Assembly (NCBI GenBank): GCA_052327205.1
Contig: CM126228.1
Coordinates: 8,246,001 to 8,310,000, forward strand
Length of the DNA stretch: 64,000 nucleotides
Origin: Somniosus microcephalus
Taxonomy: Eukaryota
Direction of reading: 5' to 3'
Below, piece by piece: positions 10,299-23,085 of this stretch. Every line of letters begins with the position of its first letter. Positions within the stretch are counted from its first letter, which is position 1. The notes beneath the pieces were generated by a model. The model was not told where the DNA came from, ran no database searches, and worked only from the letters and a program-made list of their open reading frames with translations. The translations under genes were made by a program, and so were the position numbers.

Positions 10299-12793
10299 CA
10301 ACCTTAGATCTGGTCCTGTGTAACGAGACAGGATTAATTAAAAATGTCCTAGTAAAGGATCCCCTTGGAATGAGTGACCATAACATGGTTGAATTCCATA
10401 TTCAATTAGAGGGTGAGAAGGTTGGATCTCAAACAAGCGTGCTAAGCTTGAATAAAGGTCTATGAAGGTATGAGAGCGGAATTGAGTAGAGTGGATTGGG
10501 AAAATAGATTAAAGGGTAAGACGATACATGATCAGTGGTGTACATTTAAGGAGTTATTTTACAACTTCCAAAAAATATATATTCCACTGAGAAGAAAAGG
10601 GTGTAAAAGAAAAGACAGCCATCCATGGCTAAGTAAAGAAATTAAGGATAGTATTCGACTAAAAACAAGGGCATATAAGGTAGCCAAATCTAGTGGGAGG
10701 ATAGAGGATTGGGAAAACTTTAAAAGACAGCAAAAAATAACAAAAAGATTGATTAAGAAAGGGAAGATAGATTATGAAAGTAAATTAGCAAAAAATATAA
10801 AAACAGATAGTAAGAGTTTTTATAGTTATATAAAAAGAAAAAGGGTGGCTAAAGTAAATGTTGGTCCCTTAGAGGATGAGACCGGGAAATTAATGGTGGG
10901 AAATATGGAGATGGCAAAAACACTGAATGAATATTTTATATCAGTCTTTAAAGTAGAAGACACTAAGAATATCCCAACACTGGACAAACAGGGGGCTAAA
11001 GGGGGGGAGGAGCTAAACACGATCAAAATCACTAAGGAAGTGGTACTCGGTAAAATAATGGGACTCAAGGCGGATAAATCACCTGGACCTGATGGCTTAC
11101 ATCCTAGGGTCTTGAGGGAAGTGGCGGTAGGGATTGTGGATGCATTGGTAATAATTTTCCAAAACTCCCTGGACTCGGCAATGGTCCCGGCAGACTGGAA
11201 AACTGCTAATGTAACACCCTTATTTAAAAAGGGCAGTAGACAGAAGGCTGGAAACTATAGACCGGTTAGCCTAACATCTGTGGTAGGTAAAATTTTGGAG
11301 TCCATTATTAAGGAGACAGTAACAGGACATTTGGATAATCATAATTTAATAGGACAAAGTCAGCATGGTTTTATGAAGGGGAAGTCATGTTTGACAAATT
11401 TGCTGGAGTTCTTTGAGGAAGTAACATATAGGGTGGATAAAGGGGAACCAGTGGACGTAGTGTATTTAGACTTCCAAAAGGCATTTGACAAGGTGCCACA
11501 CAAAAGATTATTGCTTAAGATAAAAAATCACGGGATTGGGGGTAATATTCTGGCATGGATAGAGGATTGGCTATCTAACAGAAGGCAGAGAGTTGGGATA
11601 AATGGTTCATTCTCAGACTGGCAATCAGTAACTAGTGGTGTTCCGCAGGGGTCAGTGCTGGGTCCCCAACTCTTTACAATCTATATTAACGATTTGGAGG
11701 AGGGGACCGAGTGTAACATATCAAAGTTTGCAGATGATACTAAGATGGGGGGGAAAGTAGTGAGTGAGGAGGACATAAAAAACCTTCAAGGGGACATAGA
11801 CAGGCTAAGTAAGTGGGCAGAGATTTGGCAGATGGAATACAATACTGGAAAGTGTGAGGTTATGCACTTTGGCAGGAAAAATCGTAGAGCAAGTTATTAT
11901 CTTAATGGCAAGAAACTGGAAAGTACTGAAGTGCAAAGGGATCTGGGGGTCCTGGTGCACGAAACTCAAAAGGTTAGTATGCAGGTGCAGCAAGTGATTT
12001 AGAAGGCCAATGGAATGTTGGCTTTCATTGCTAGGGGGATAGAATATAAAAATAGGAAGGTATTGCTTCAGTTGTACAAGGTATTGGTGAGACCGCACCT
12101 GGAATACTGCGTACAGTTTTGGTGTCCACACTTAAGAAAGGACATACTTGCTCTCGAGTCAGTACAAAGAAGGTTCACTCAGTTAATCCCGGGGATGAGG
12201 GGATGGACATATGAGGAGAGGTTGAGTAGATTAGGACTCTACTCATTGGAGTTCAGAAGAATGAGAGGCGATCTTATTGAAACATATAAGATTGTGAAGG
12301 GGTTGGATCGGGTGGATGCAGGGAAGATGTTCCCGATGATGGGTGAAACTAGAACTAGGGGGCATAGTCTTAGAATAAGGGGCTGCTCTTTCAAAACTGA
12401 GATGAGGAACTACTTCACTCAGAGGGTGGTAGGTCCATGGAATATGCTGCCCCAAAAAGCTGTAGAAGCTACATCATTACATAAATTTAAAACAGAAATA
12501 GACAGTTTCCTAGAAGTAAAGGGAATTAAGGGTTACGGGGAGCGGGCAGGAATTTGGACATGAGTCTAGGTTCGGATCGGTCATGGCCCTGTGGGTAGCG
12601 GAGCGGGCCCAGGGGCCGTGTAGCCTGATCCTGCTCCTATTTCGTGTGTCTAATTCTGTTAGATGCAGGAGATGGTTCTGTGATAGTGGATTGGCAGTTA
12701 GGATCAGATCAGCCATGATCTTATTGAATGGCGGAGCAGGCTCGAGGGGCCGATTGGCCTACTCCTGCTCCTATTTCTTATGTTCTTATGTAA
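10299..12793 (+). mobile_element. 5'-truncated CR1-clade LINE (end of endonuclease region, full RT domain, 3' UTR)
   Basis: ORF2 motifs KSPGPDGLHP, NYRPVSLTS, QHGFMKGKSC, YLDFQKAFDKV, GVPQGSVLGP, FADD, RPHLEY. Frameshift near 10460 and in-frame TAG at 12000-12002. 3' tail TTCTTATGTTCTTATG. Possible TSD TGTAATTTGG (10289-10298) / TGTAACTTGG (12794-12803). Confidence 0.95.
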
Positions 12794-14770
12794 TGTAACT
12801 TGGAAATTAAGTCAGCCAGATCTGATTCTAGCAAACCACGTGACACCTAAAGGAGATGGCTTCACGATGTTTTGTTTTTGAACCAGCTGCAATATAAGTG
12901 CATCTGGTGTGTTGACATGTCAGTTGTCTTTTAGCTACATTAAACTGCATAAAAATGAACTTTTATAAGTTGTGACATGTTAACACGTCACTATGAAATG
13001 TAACCATTATTTGGATGCTGGTGAGCAAAGCTCTGCACGTGTATACAATTATGCCTATAGAGAGAGCTGCCACTTTGCCTGACCAGAGAGCAGCACAGAG
13101 CTAGCAGTATAACTCGGGTCTGCTGGCTCTGCTTAAGCAGGACAGTCCCAAACAGGAATCTGAAGTATAGCAGCGTCATGTATCACTCTTGCTGTGCATC
13201 AAGTTAGAACTCAAAATTGAGTAATGCAGTGCTGTTTCAAGTGTTAACAATGCTAAACACACACAACCTCCAAAACCTGGTAACTCTGACTGTTTACCAA
13301 GGGGTATATTGAAAGCTAGCGACCACATGAAATTTTCCATCTAATGCAAAGTACAGTAGTCTGTTCACTGATGAACTTTATTCCCGCGATTATAGGAAAA
13401 TCCATCATTTGTGTGGCATTCCATTTCCAACTGTTTCTCCTATAAATATTTTAAAATTCTACTTTAGTAAAAAGCCTTTATTTACTCTCAGTATTGTATC
13501 AAATTGACAAGAATCCCAGTCTACATGACACCTGATTGTGGTCAAGATTTGATAATTAGTTATCAGGGCAAACGAGGCTGTTCACTAACATTGATTTTGC
13601 ATAACAAATGATGCAAACATGAATTTGTAAAACTGACAGTTGAACAAAAATCACAACGTGATTTCTGTATTAAAATAATCTGTAACTATTGAAATGCTAC
13701 TGCTTTATCTAAATGTACAGTTCAGTAATTTTAAATGCACTCTGTTAAATTAGATTGAGTATATGTGTGCTTTTTGATGATGTAGGCTTGATGTAATGTA
13801 TGGTAGTGCAGGTATAAATAGATTTCTTCCCAATGACCTGACACAAAAGAATGTTTGTGCTGATTATAATGTTTGCAATTCACCTTTGCATTTCTTTTTA
13901 AACTTTTTTTTTCAATGTCACATCATTAGCATTGACTTGTTTTCACTGAACAAATTAAGAACAAGAAGTTGGAACTAAATTACAGGCACTATGCTTTCAA
14001 CGTTAATTTTTACGTAAAATAACTAATACCTATTCATAATGAATACTTCCGATGGCAGTTTGATATGTGTGTTTTTGAGAGGTGGTCATTTTAAATTGAC
14101 AAGAAAATCGAAAGGTGAGGTTGTGGAAGAGGAGCAGTCGGTTAGCACTCTAGGGACTTGGAATGCAAGTAAGCTCTGCTAGCTGTAAGAGCCCTCCTTG
14201 AATTGGGTTTAGGATATTCTTAAACCCAGAGTGGATTTGAGTGCTGTAGTATGAAACATTTCATTATTATAATCGAATTGACATTGTGACTTAGCCCGCA
14301 GTGATGGTTGTGCGTGGAGATAGTGTCACACTGGTACTTTAGGGCAGTGTTGTCCAATATGTTAGCCATTAGCCAAATGTGGCAAATTGGGAATCCAAAT
14401 GTGGCAAAATGCATTTCTGATTAGTAAATAAAAAATAGACACCATCGTTGAGCACGTGATTGCACTACTCGTATTCATATTGCGTATGCACGTGGACGTT
14501 AACCTTTTTGTAAGTTAGTTAGTATAATGGTAAGATGAGAAGCAGAGTATGCCAGTGTTTTTTTGATGGTTGTGAGTGCTTTACTTCTTTAAAGAATGGC
14601 GGTAGATGTTAAATAAATATATATTTGCCAGTATTGTGTGAGTATATGTAAGGTGATTTCCAATAAAATGAGAGCACATGGCTAAAACTGTGCCGCCATA
14701 GCTACAGTTGTGGCTAGTCAATGGTTCCTGTTGGACAACACTGCTTTAGGGGATGCTTTTTTGATGTTTC

Positions 14771-15248
14771 AAGAAAGAAAGAAAGACTTGCATTTATATA
14801 GCGCCTTTCACGACCACCGGACATCTCAAAGTGCTTTAAAGCCCATGAAGTACTTTCGAAGTGGAGTCACTGTTGTAATGTGGGAAACGCGGCAGCCAAT
14901 TTGCGCACAGCAAGCTCCCACAAACAGCAATGTGATAATGACCAGATAATCTGGTTTTTTTTGTTATGTTGGTTGAGGGAGAAATATTGGCCAGGACACC
15001 GGGGATAACTCCCCTACTCCTCTTCGAAATAGTGCTGCAGGATCTTTTACATCCACCTGAGAGAGCAGACGGGGCTCTCGGTTTAACATCTCATCCGAAA
15101 GATGGCACCTCCGACAGTGCAGCGCTCCCTTAGCACTGCACTGGAGTGTCAGCCTAGCTTTATGTTCTCAAGTTCCTGGAGTGGGACTTGAACCCACAAC
15201 CTTCTGACTCAGAGGCGAGTGTGCTACCAACTTAGCCACAGCTGGCAC
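14771..15248 (-). mobile_element. DeuSINE-type (SacSINE1/AmnSINE1-like) SINE, near full length
   Basis: tRNA-like head (TGGCTAAGTTGGTAGC...GGTTCAAGTCCC on minus), Deu-core TTTCGGATGAGATGTTAAACC, tail GCGCTATATAAATGCAAGTCTTTC. Confidence 0.85.
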
Positions 15249-16014
15249 ATTAAGGCAGTATAGAGGAAGTTTTACTCTGCATCAAGACCATGCCATTTCC
15301 AAATTTAATTCTGTCATGGTACAAAAATGTTCCATTTCCTGGCACTGACATCCTCATCTTGAGCATTTACATTTTTGGAAGAAAATAAAAAGATGGGAAC
15401 GGTGGAGATTTGAGGGAACAGCTTTAACTTATTAGCTTTGTCTCTGGCAGGATCTTCTTTGTATTCAATACAAACAGAAGCCATATTATAGTACAGTATT
15501 TGCATATAGAATAGCTACTACCCTGTGCTACCGTGTTTATCATTATTACATGCTGGTTCCCAACACCAGCGTAATCTGTCACCAATCTGCACCCAAAGAT
15601 ACTTTTTATCATTGTACGCATACTATGTTTAGTGTGTTTGTGAAATTGTAAGTAATTTCCTAGAAATTTCTCAGCATACAAACAAAATGTTATTTATTTA
15701 GCACTTTTCATGTCCTCTTGACGTCCCAAATCACTTCATAACCAATTAAGTACTTCTGAAGCGTAGTCAGTCAGTCTTTTATTTTGTAGCAATATGGTAT
15801 GTTCTATCTATGGCTATCTTCTGGGATTTGTTTAAAATGACAGTGTTCCTTAATACAGTTTTTTAGCAGTTGAATCAATAACGCTGCAATTCTGCCACTG
15901 ACAATCTGCCAAATAAATTGTGTAGAAAAAGTGCTGTTTTCAACAAAAACATTAAATGCAGAGTAACTTCTCCCTTTACCTATTTTCTTTCAGTTATTTG
16001 CTGATTTTTTTCTC

Positions 16015-16385
16015 CTTACCCCTCTTGAATGCGCTGATTTGTGCAGGGGTATGGCTGCACAGGCACCGGAAATCCTGTGGTACCTTGTCCAATTCTTTTT
16101 GTGAGAGTTTGGATGTGGAGTGTTTGTGATCTGTTTGATTTTTATTGGGGTCCACTTCCAATCCAAACCAATCCTAGCCTGAAGCTGTGCTTATTGATGT
16201 CCACACACTTTTAGTCCCTGGACAACAATAAGAAGGCTCTGCAGCTTTTTCTTTTCATAACCAGGGTTGCTGAGGCAAATTATAGCATCAACCACCAACC
16301 CAGCTAAGATCGGTTACAAATAACAGATCTAACCTCGGATGTTCCTAGTCCATATTGCTTTACGTGTTGGACTTAGCCTCTGAGC
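16015..16385 (-). mobile_element. Same old SINE-like family, degraded
   Basis: GCTGAGGCAAATT...CCAGCTAAGATC blocks similar to 49080-49140 and the reverse complement of 22780-22835. Confidence 0.45.
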
Positions 16386-18537
16386 GGAGGTTGTGGGGAA
16401 GAAAGGGTAGGGCCACCATTGTCATTGTAAAGGGATATGGAGAAAAGGCAGGAAATTTGTCTTAAAAAGACAGCTGCCATGCCTAACAAAACTGGTCTGC
16501 GAACCTGATGGGCCAAATGGTCTACTCCTCTGTATAACTGCATGTTCCCACCTACCTGTCCTCAGATCCGATTGGAGTGAGGCAGAATCACTCTGAAGCC
16601 TTTTCAAAATTGCCTTTCTAAGAAAAAAGTCATTTTAATTACCCTGGGGAGGGATGACAGTAAGTATCTTTGTTTTTAACAAAAAATTAATAAATCGGAT
16701 AGAATATTTTGGAAGAAGATTGGTCCTTGGATTTTAATCATCTAAGTTGGCTCTGGCTAAATATAGTGCACAAACGCAAAGGTTCTGTTGAGGAATAGGG
16801 GACAGAGAGTTAATTAAACCTCAAGGCGATAACCAATACAGTACTTTTAATGAACTCAAAAGTTTGCCCCCATTCCAGAATGAAGCTTGCATGTCGTTCC
16901 TTTACTGTGGCCAATACTAGACTATCAGCACATGGTCCCTTTAAGGAAACATGCAGCATTACTTTCACAATTTTAAATTAAGTTCTTCAAACACATGACT
17001 GTGTCAGGGATTTGTGCCTTCTCACATCTAATCTGATCGCATTATGATAAGTTACCTACTAATTACAGCTGAAAGAGTAATTGCTGTTAAAATATGTTCA
17101 TATTTTAGGAGACCGGGTACAGTGCAATGGGTACCTTGCATATTCTGGTACCTTGCCCATAAGAATGCTGAGGCTAGTTATGATTGTACTGCTGCCCCTG
17201 CCTGAGATCGTATGCAATTGATAACTCCTAATAATTACAACCCACTTTATTTTTCTTAAATTTCAAAATAACAGCAGCAGCCCTTACAAAGTTCTTGGTT
17301 GAAATATAATCTTTGATTGTGGCCTTGACAGAAGAGTAAGTAAACCTTGTACAGAAAGGGTTAAAATTCTCTTGGCAACACAGTGCCACAGTGTAGCAGA
17401 TGCCTGTAATACATAACTATGGCCATGGTATTAACAGCAGCTGTTCGACTAGAGGCCATCTACATTAACATTTGGGGGCAGCAATAAACAAAATAACTGT
17501 CAAGCCTCTTTTGCAAGTGCCAGCCTTATGTAGATCAAAAGGTTAAAAAAATTGCAAAAAGAAACCTGTGTTAAAATTAACTTGGCAGCAACAAGACTCA
17601 AAATGATGCATTACAATAAAGCCAGGGATATATGCCAAACATTCAAAATAGTGCAATGGTGCACCATCTTCCAGAGGTGCCAAAACACTGATGAAATCGT
17701 GGTCTGCCGTTAATTGCAGTTTTCAGTAACATTGGAAGTAGGGGAATGAGAAGAGTAAAGGTACTTGTGCCTTAGGGGAGGGTCATGAATTAATAATTGC
17801 CATGTGCCGGATGAGCCCTGTCATAGGAGCAGAAATGAGGAAGTTGCCTCGCAGAGGGCTATCAATCACTCACTGACCATAACTTCCAGTAATTAGTGTA
17901 TTTTATGGTCACTTGCTTCAGTGGCTCGGAAGCACATATGCTCCAGTCGTGGCTAAACTTTGCTGAAGTAATATTCCAGAATGATTTATCTGCATGCTGC
18001 ACTGGGATGTAACCCTATACTGGTTGGAGCTTAGAGCTTAGCTGCATGCGAACGGCAATAAGTGTTAGTTTAGATACATACAATTTACAGAGGTTAAGAC
18101 CTCCATTCTATTACACTCAGCTGCAATCTCAGTTTATACAGTTAGGCTACAAGGCAAGTATTTTCTTTCACCTATTCCAAATAAAATGCACAGTAGCACC
18201 TGGTAAAAGAACAGTCAGTAGATTTATTTTTTAATTACAGTGCAAAAGCATGTGTTTTAAATGTTTTTTTTAAAGAAGCTGCATAGTTAATTCAGTCATG
18301 AAGTCATTTTTTATTGCACAAAAGGTATCTCTGAGGTGATTAGGGCATATCTCTTCCTAACCATGATGAGGTATTAGTGACCCGCCTCCCTCTGTGGTTC
18401 CAAACATGAAGCAAATGTGTCACTTCATCACTTTGTTACTTGCATTTGTGCTGATTCACAGGGGTGAAGATTCCACAGGTTATCAGCTAATGGCTGTTAT
18501 ACATTAAAAATTGAAGCCACTCTCTCACTCACTCACG

Positions 18538-18569
<32 letters not shown>
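18538..18569. repeat. (CG)n(CA)n microsatellite
   Basis: Seen directly. Confidence 0.9.
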
Positions 18570-19084
18570 GCCCTTTCAAGGCTTTGCTCTTAAGCCCCGG
18601 ACAGTTTCCTCAAGTGCAGCTGTGAACTAGCTGCTGAAGATTAAATTAATTTGTAATGCTTTCTTGTCCTTCCTCTGTAAATCCTGCACATTTAATAGAA
18701 GCGCCACTTCAAGTTGGCTCTGTACTTTCTAGACTGTGCCATGACCTTTTGTTGTCAAGTTAACCTCACAAGCATCTTGTTTTCACTTCAGAGAAACGAA
18801 GGCTTTTAAATCCATTTGGATTTTACCACTCTGTAGGAAGATAAGAGAATTGATTTGGGATTAGTAATAAATCACATCCCTACTCTGAAGTATTAAATAT
18901 GATATGTTGGCTTGACAGAGATTTGAACAGGCAATTTAAATATTATGCCATTTCACTGAACTATGTGTGTATATGTAATATATAAATTACCATATTAAAA
19001 TCTTAAAATTCTCCATAAGATAGGGGCATATTCGACATAGATTGACGCTAAATTGGCATCTCACTCAAAGGCCATAGATGGTGT

Positions 19085-19300
19085 GGAAAGTGGAATAATA
19101 TCACCCTGGTGCAGTCGTGGGCGCTCTTCCAATACTGGAGCTGAGGCACATTGTTGGGACAAAGTTGGGTTTTTTTAACTTTGCAACTACCTGTGCTGTG
19201 CCTGACCTGGAAATAATTGATACTTGCACTCAGTGTTTGAAATGGAAAGTGTCCTATTCTCCAGCACTAACATCAATTCACCTCAAAAGAAAGCAAATTA
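19085..19300 (+). mobile_element. LF-SINE-like 3' fragment
   Basis: GCTGAGGCACATTG...TGTGCTGTGCCTG; homologous to 39600-39770 and 15252-15365. Confidence 0.45.
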
Positions 19301-19799
19301 AATCGCACCAAAAATGAATTAACAGCAGCCATTTTTAAAAGTTATTTTTGCAATTATTATCTTTCTGAACTAGCTTTCCATAACAAGCTTGTAAAATTCT
19401 AATAGTTTAATTTCATTTTGATATTGACTACAGATATTGTGCAGTTCTTATGTATTTTCTACTACATTTTGTCCATTTAAAAAGTCTTTGTATTTTGTAT
19501 ATTAAACATCAGGATGTGTTGCAGAGCCTGACATTATACGAGCCAACGGTAATTTTATGTAATGATGATCTCTTATGGCATTATTCATCGTCTGGAACGC
19601 TGCTGGGATGTTTAGCTGTTAACCTGGGCTGTGCCTTTAAGACTACTGGTCTGTGTAAGTTGTTGAGGTCAATTAAAGAGCAGTTGTAATTGGTTGTAAA
19701 TTGCAGACTCCAGGTTAATAACTGGCTTTCTTTCTTTCCTAATAGATCGTTTTACATCTGTAACAAAGTGTGATGTCTAGAGTGTGACAGATGCAGACT

Positions 19800-20175
19800 A
19801 GATGCAAGACTTTTATTTGCACTCGCAACCAATTAATTATTTTAAAGTGTAGTCGCTGCTGTTTTGTAGGCAAATACAGTAGCTAATTTATGCAAATCAA
19901 GGTCCCACAAACAATAATGAGATAAATTGAACTGTTTTTGGTGGTGTTGGTTGAGGGATAAATGTTGGGCAGGACACTGGACGATCCCCTCCGCTCTTCT
20001 TCAAATGGTGCTAGCTGAGAAAGCAGACAAGATCTTGGTTTAACATCTCATCCAAAAGACAGCATTTCTGATGGTATTCCACGGAAGTGTCAGTTTAGAT
20101 TATGTGCTGAAATCCTGGAATGGGGCTTGAACCTTCTAATGTAGAATTGAGAGTGCTACCAAACTGATCCACGGT
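19800..20175 (-). mobile_element. Degraded DeuSINE copy
   Basis: Homologous to 14771-15248 (GGTTTAACATCTCATCCAAAAGA, GTTGAGGGATAAAT). Confidence 0.75.
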
Positions 20176-20962
20176 TGATACAGTGACTCCTGAAATCAAT
20201 TGGAAAGTATTTTCTGTGCCTCCCTCACATCAGTTAGAAGATGCTCAGGTCAATTACAGGTCGCACCTTTTTTTAAGTGCAGCACAGAGATATGCATGAA
20301 AATTTGTTAGGCATAAATGCATGCTAGATATTTCATTTTTATTTTAATAAATCGACCTCCCATGGCATTGCATGTGGAGAGTCAAGACTAAGTGTCTTCA
20401 GGTGAATCAGGTTTAGACGACGGGGTAATTAGACCAGGCATGCGGACGTAAACGTGCCCATTTTAAAAGTTGAACATTGTCATTTTTTTTATACATTTCC
20501 ATCATAAATTCCTTTGTCCACATTTACAAAGAAAACTGTTCATGTGAACTTGCCAAGCTGTATTTGCACCCTCCCGCCAGTGGTGGCGCTGCAATGCCTC
20601 TGCTAATGGGAGGGTATAGTTACAGTGCAACAGTTTAACGTAGGCAATTGCCATCATAAATCTAGACATAGGAATTTATAATGGTAAAGGTTGATGGGTA
20701 GCACACACCGACATAAGATTTCTTATATACAGATGTTTGCGATTCAACAATATAAAATGTAACCAGTTTTGAAGCTAGCTTAAAAGCCCGCAGCACCTTA
20801 TTCTTAGCTCAGGATTTGAAAGGGGACAAAATAGAGGTCAAAGCACCTTTCCCCATGAGAGAGAGGTTATTCGACCTCTCGTGTATTTCCTCCTAGCTGA
20901 TCCAACAGAAGTATTAACAGAGGGATTAATTTATGTGCCCATGCAGCATAGACGAATCTAAT

Positions 20963-21326
20963 GAAACATAGAAACTAGGAGCAGGAGTAGGCCATTCGGA
21001 CCTTCGAGCCTGCTCCGCCATTCAATGAGATCATGGCTGATCATCCAAACCCTAGCACCCGGTCCCTACACCGACAGCCATCCCACCCAAGCCCCATCCC
21101 CGTAACCCCACGTATTTAATCCCCCCTAACACTAAGGGCCAATTTTTATCATGGCCAATCAACCTAACCCACACATCTTTGGACTGTGGGAGGAAACCGG
21201 AGCACCCGGAGGAAACCCACGCAAACACGGGGAGAATGTGCAAACTCCACACAGTCACCCGAGGCCGGATTTGAACCCGGGTCCCTGGCGCTGTGAGGCA
21301 ACAGTGCTAACCACTATGCCACCGTG
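20963..21326 (-). mobile_element. V-SINE (HE1-like) with CR1-derived tail
   Basis: tRNA-like head, V-core GGGTTTCCTCCGGGTGCTCCGGTTTCCTCCCACAGTCCAAAGA on minus, tail matching the CR1 3' end at 12707-12790. Confidence 0.9.
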
Positions 21327-21371
21327 TGGAAAAAATGTTTGCTGTTGACTGGCTGATGCACATGACCAGAA

Positions 21372-21600
21372 GGAAATAAAGACTTGTATAACATTTTATC
21401 GGGCTTTCAGAAACTCCCAATGCACTTTGTATATAATTAATTACTTCAGAAGCGCACCTATGGTTGTTTTATAGGCAAGCACAGCAAAATCGCACAACCA
21501 ACAATGAGCTAAATGACCAATTGATTTATTTTTGTTGTGTAGTGACTGAGGGAGGAATATTGGCCAGGACACTCTGAAAACTACCTTCTTTAAATAGTGA
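21372..21600 (-). mobile_element. DeuSINE 3' fragment
   Basis: AATATTGGCCAGGACAC and tail similarity to 14771-15030. Confidence 0.6.
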
Positions 21601-21752
21601 TCTGTCTGGGCAAGTACATAGGCCCCCTCCCTATTCACTCCCCACACACGTATATGTACTATAATAATAGTATTATTGGATTGGTGAGTGAGTAACATTT
21701 TCAGCTTGTACACTTTAAGTGTGAAAAACACTGCATTATGATTGTAGACTTT

Positions 21753-22557
21753 GGGCTGGATTTTGTCAATGGGGACGTGACTCCCACTTTTTGGGTTGTA
21801 GCCCCGCCTCCATTGGTTTGTGGCCAACTCACGCTACTTTCCCTTGATTGACCTTGTTGAGCCCGCTCAGCAGGCCAATTAAGGGACACCCGGTTACAGG
21901 TGACGTCAGGGATTGACATTTCATCTGTCAAGAGCTTTTGACAGATGAAATATCAGCGTTTGACAGCTCTGTGAAGCTGCCAAACACTGACAATCTGTCT
22001 TCTAACTTGAGTCCTTCTCCACAGACTCGGTTAGAAATCTCTCCAGAACAGAAATCTGAATGCTGCAACTTTTGACAGCTCGCGGCCACTCTGCTTTCTG
22101 TGCCGGTGAGATGAGGGACTCCCGAGACCTGAAGGAAGGAAGCCTGCATTAGTAAGTAAAGGTAAGTAAAACTTATTTAAACACTTTACACACACCAAAC
22201 ACACTTACCTCTGCATTCATGCACCCATCACTCACCTGAACACCGGACATCTCGAACCCTTCAGCCCGACAATCCGCCTCGCTAACTTGGCGTGGTTTGG
22301 AGCCGTCGGGAAGCCCACACTTCAGGGCTAAAAATAGGGATTAGGCCAAAAACTGCCTGTTAACGGGCAGTTAATTGGCACTAATCCCCTTCCCGCCTCG
22401 GGGAGGCGGCTCCCAGCACAGTTCGGGTACCCGCCTCCTGGGAAACGGGCATGGAGGCGGGTTGGGGGGTGGGAAGGGTTCGTGCCCCCCGATTCTGCAA
22501 TTTTCCCCCCACTTCCGCCTCCAAACCCACCTCCTCGGGGCTTGGAAATTCGAGCCC
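21753..22557. mobile_element. PIF/Harbinger-type non-autonomous TIR element
   Basis: TIR GGGCTGGATTTT / GAAATTCGAGCCC, 3-bp TSD TTT/TTT, GC-rich interior. The right end resembles the reverse complement of 28455-28475. Confidence 0.75.
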
Positions 22558-22729
22558 TTTGTCTGTGAATACGGATTATGTCTTGAGAGCCTTTTGAGCT
22601 ATATAATAATAGGGTATAATATTGATTACAAATCTCATCATGGAAGCAGTTTTAGATAATAATTGAGTAACGCACAAGATTTTCACTATTAAAGCACGTT
22701 GGCTTCCTCAATAGCTAATTTTTAAAGGT

Positions 22730-23085
22730 AACGTGGTACTGAGCTATGCAGACCTGGTTCAATTTGCAGTTTGCACTGTGTTAGCTGATCACAGCCTGGG
22801 TGGCAGTGAGAGTGCTATGGTTGGCCTCAGCACCCTTGGATAGGGAAGGGAAAATCAGTCAGGGATCCCACTCTTGCTATCCAATTTACCTTCTGCTGGA
22901 AAGTGCCTGTGTGCGTGGGGTGGGTGAGGAAAGAATCCTATTTGGTTGTTAGGCCTTGGTTTTTTTTTCCCCCTAATTATTGAATAGCCTGCCAGCACTC
23001 GCTGTCTGGGCTTAGATACGAAGAATGACCATTTGAGTAAAATACCAGAGGGTATCCAGTGCCTTCCAACTTTACCCCAGCAGGA
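22730..23085 (+). mobile_element. Old unclassified SINE-like interspersed repeat
   Basis: Shares GGTACTGAGC(C/T)AT(A/G)CAGACC, GGTTGGCCTCAG and GAAGAATG(A/G)CCA blocks with 47700-48135 and 58045-58380. Confidence 0.6.

Noticed and set aside
10470-12563. Functional reverse transcriptase gene
   Set aside because: 5'-truncated, with a frameshift and an in-frame stop; a dead LINE copy.
20572-20592. CTCF-like CCGCCAGTGGTGGCGC
   Set aside because: Spacing deviates from the consensus; unsupported without a matrix score.
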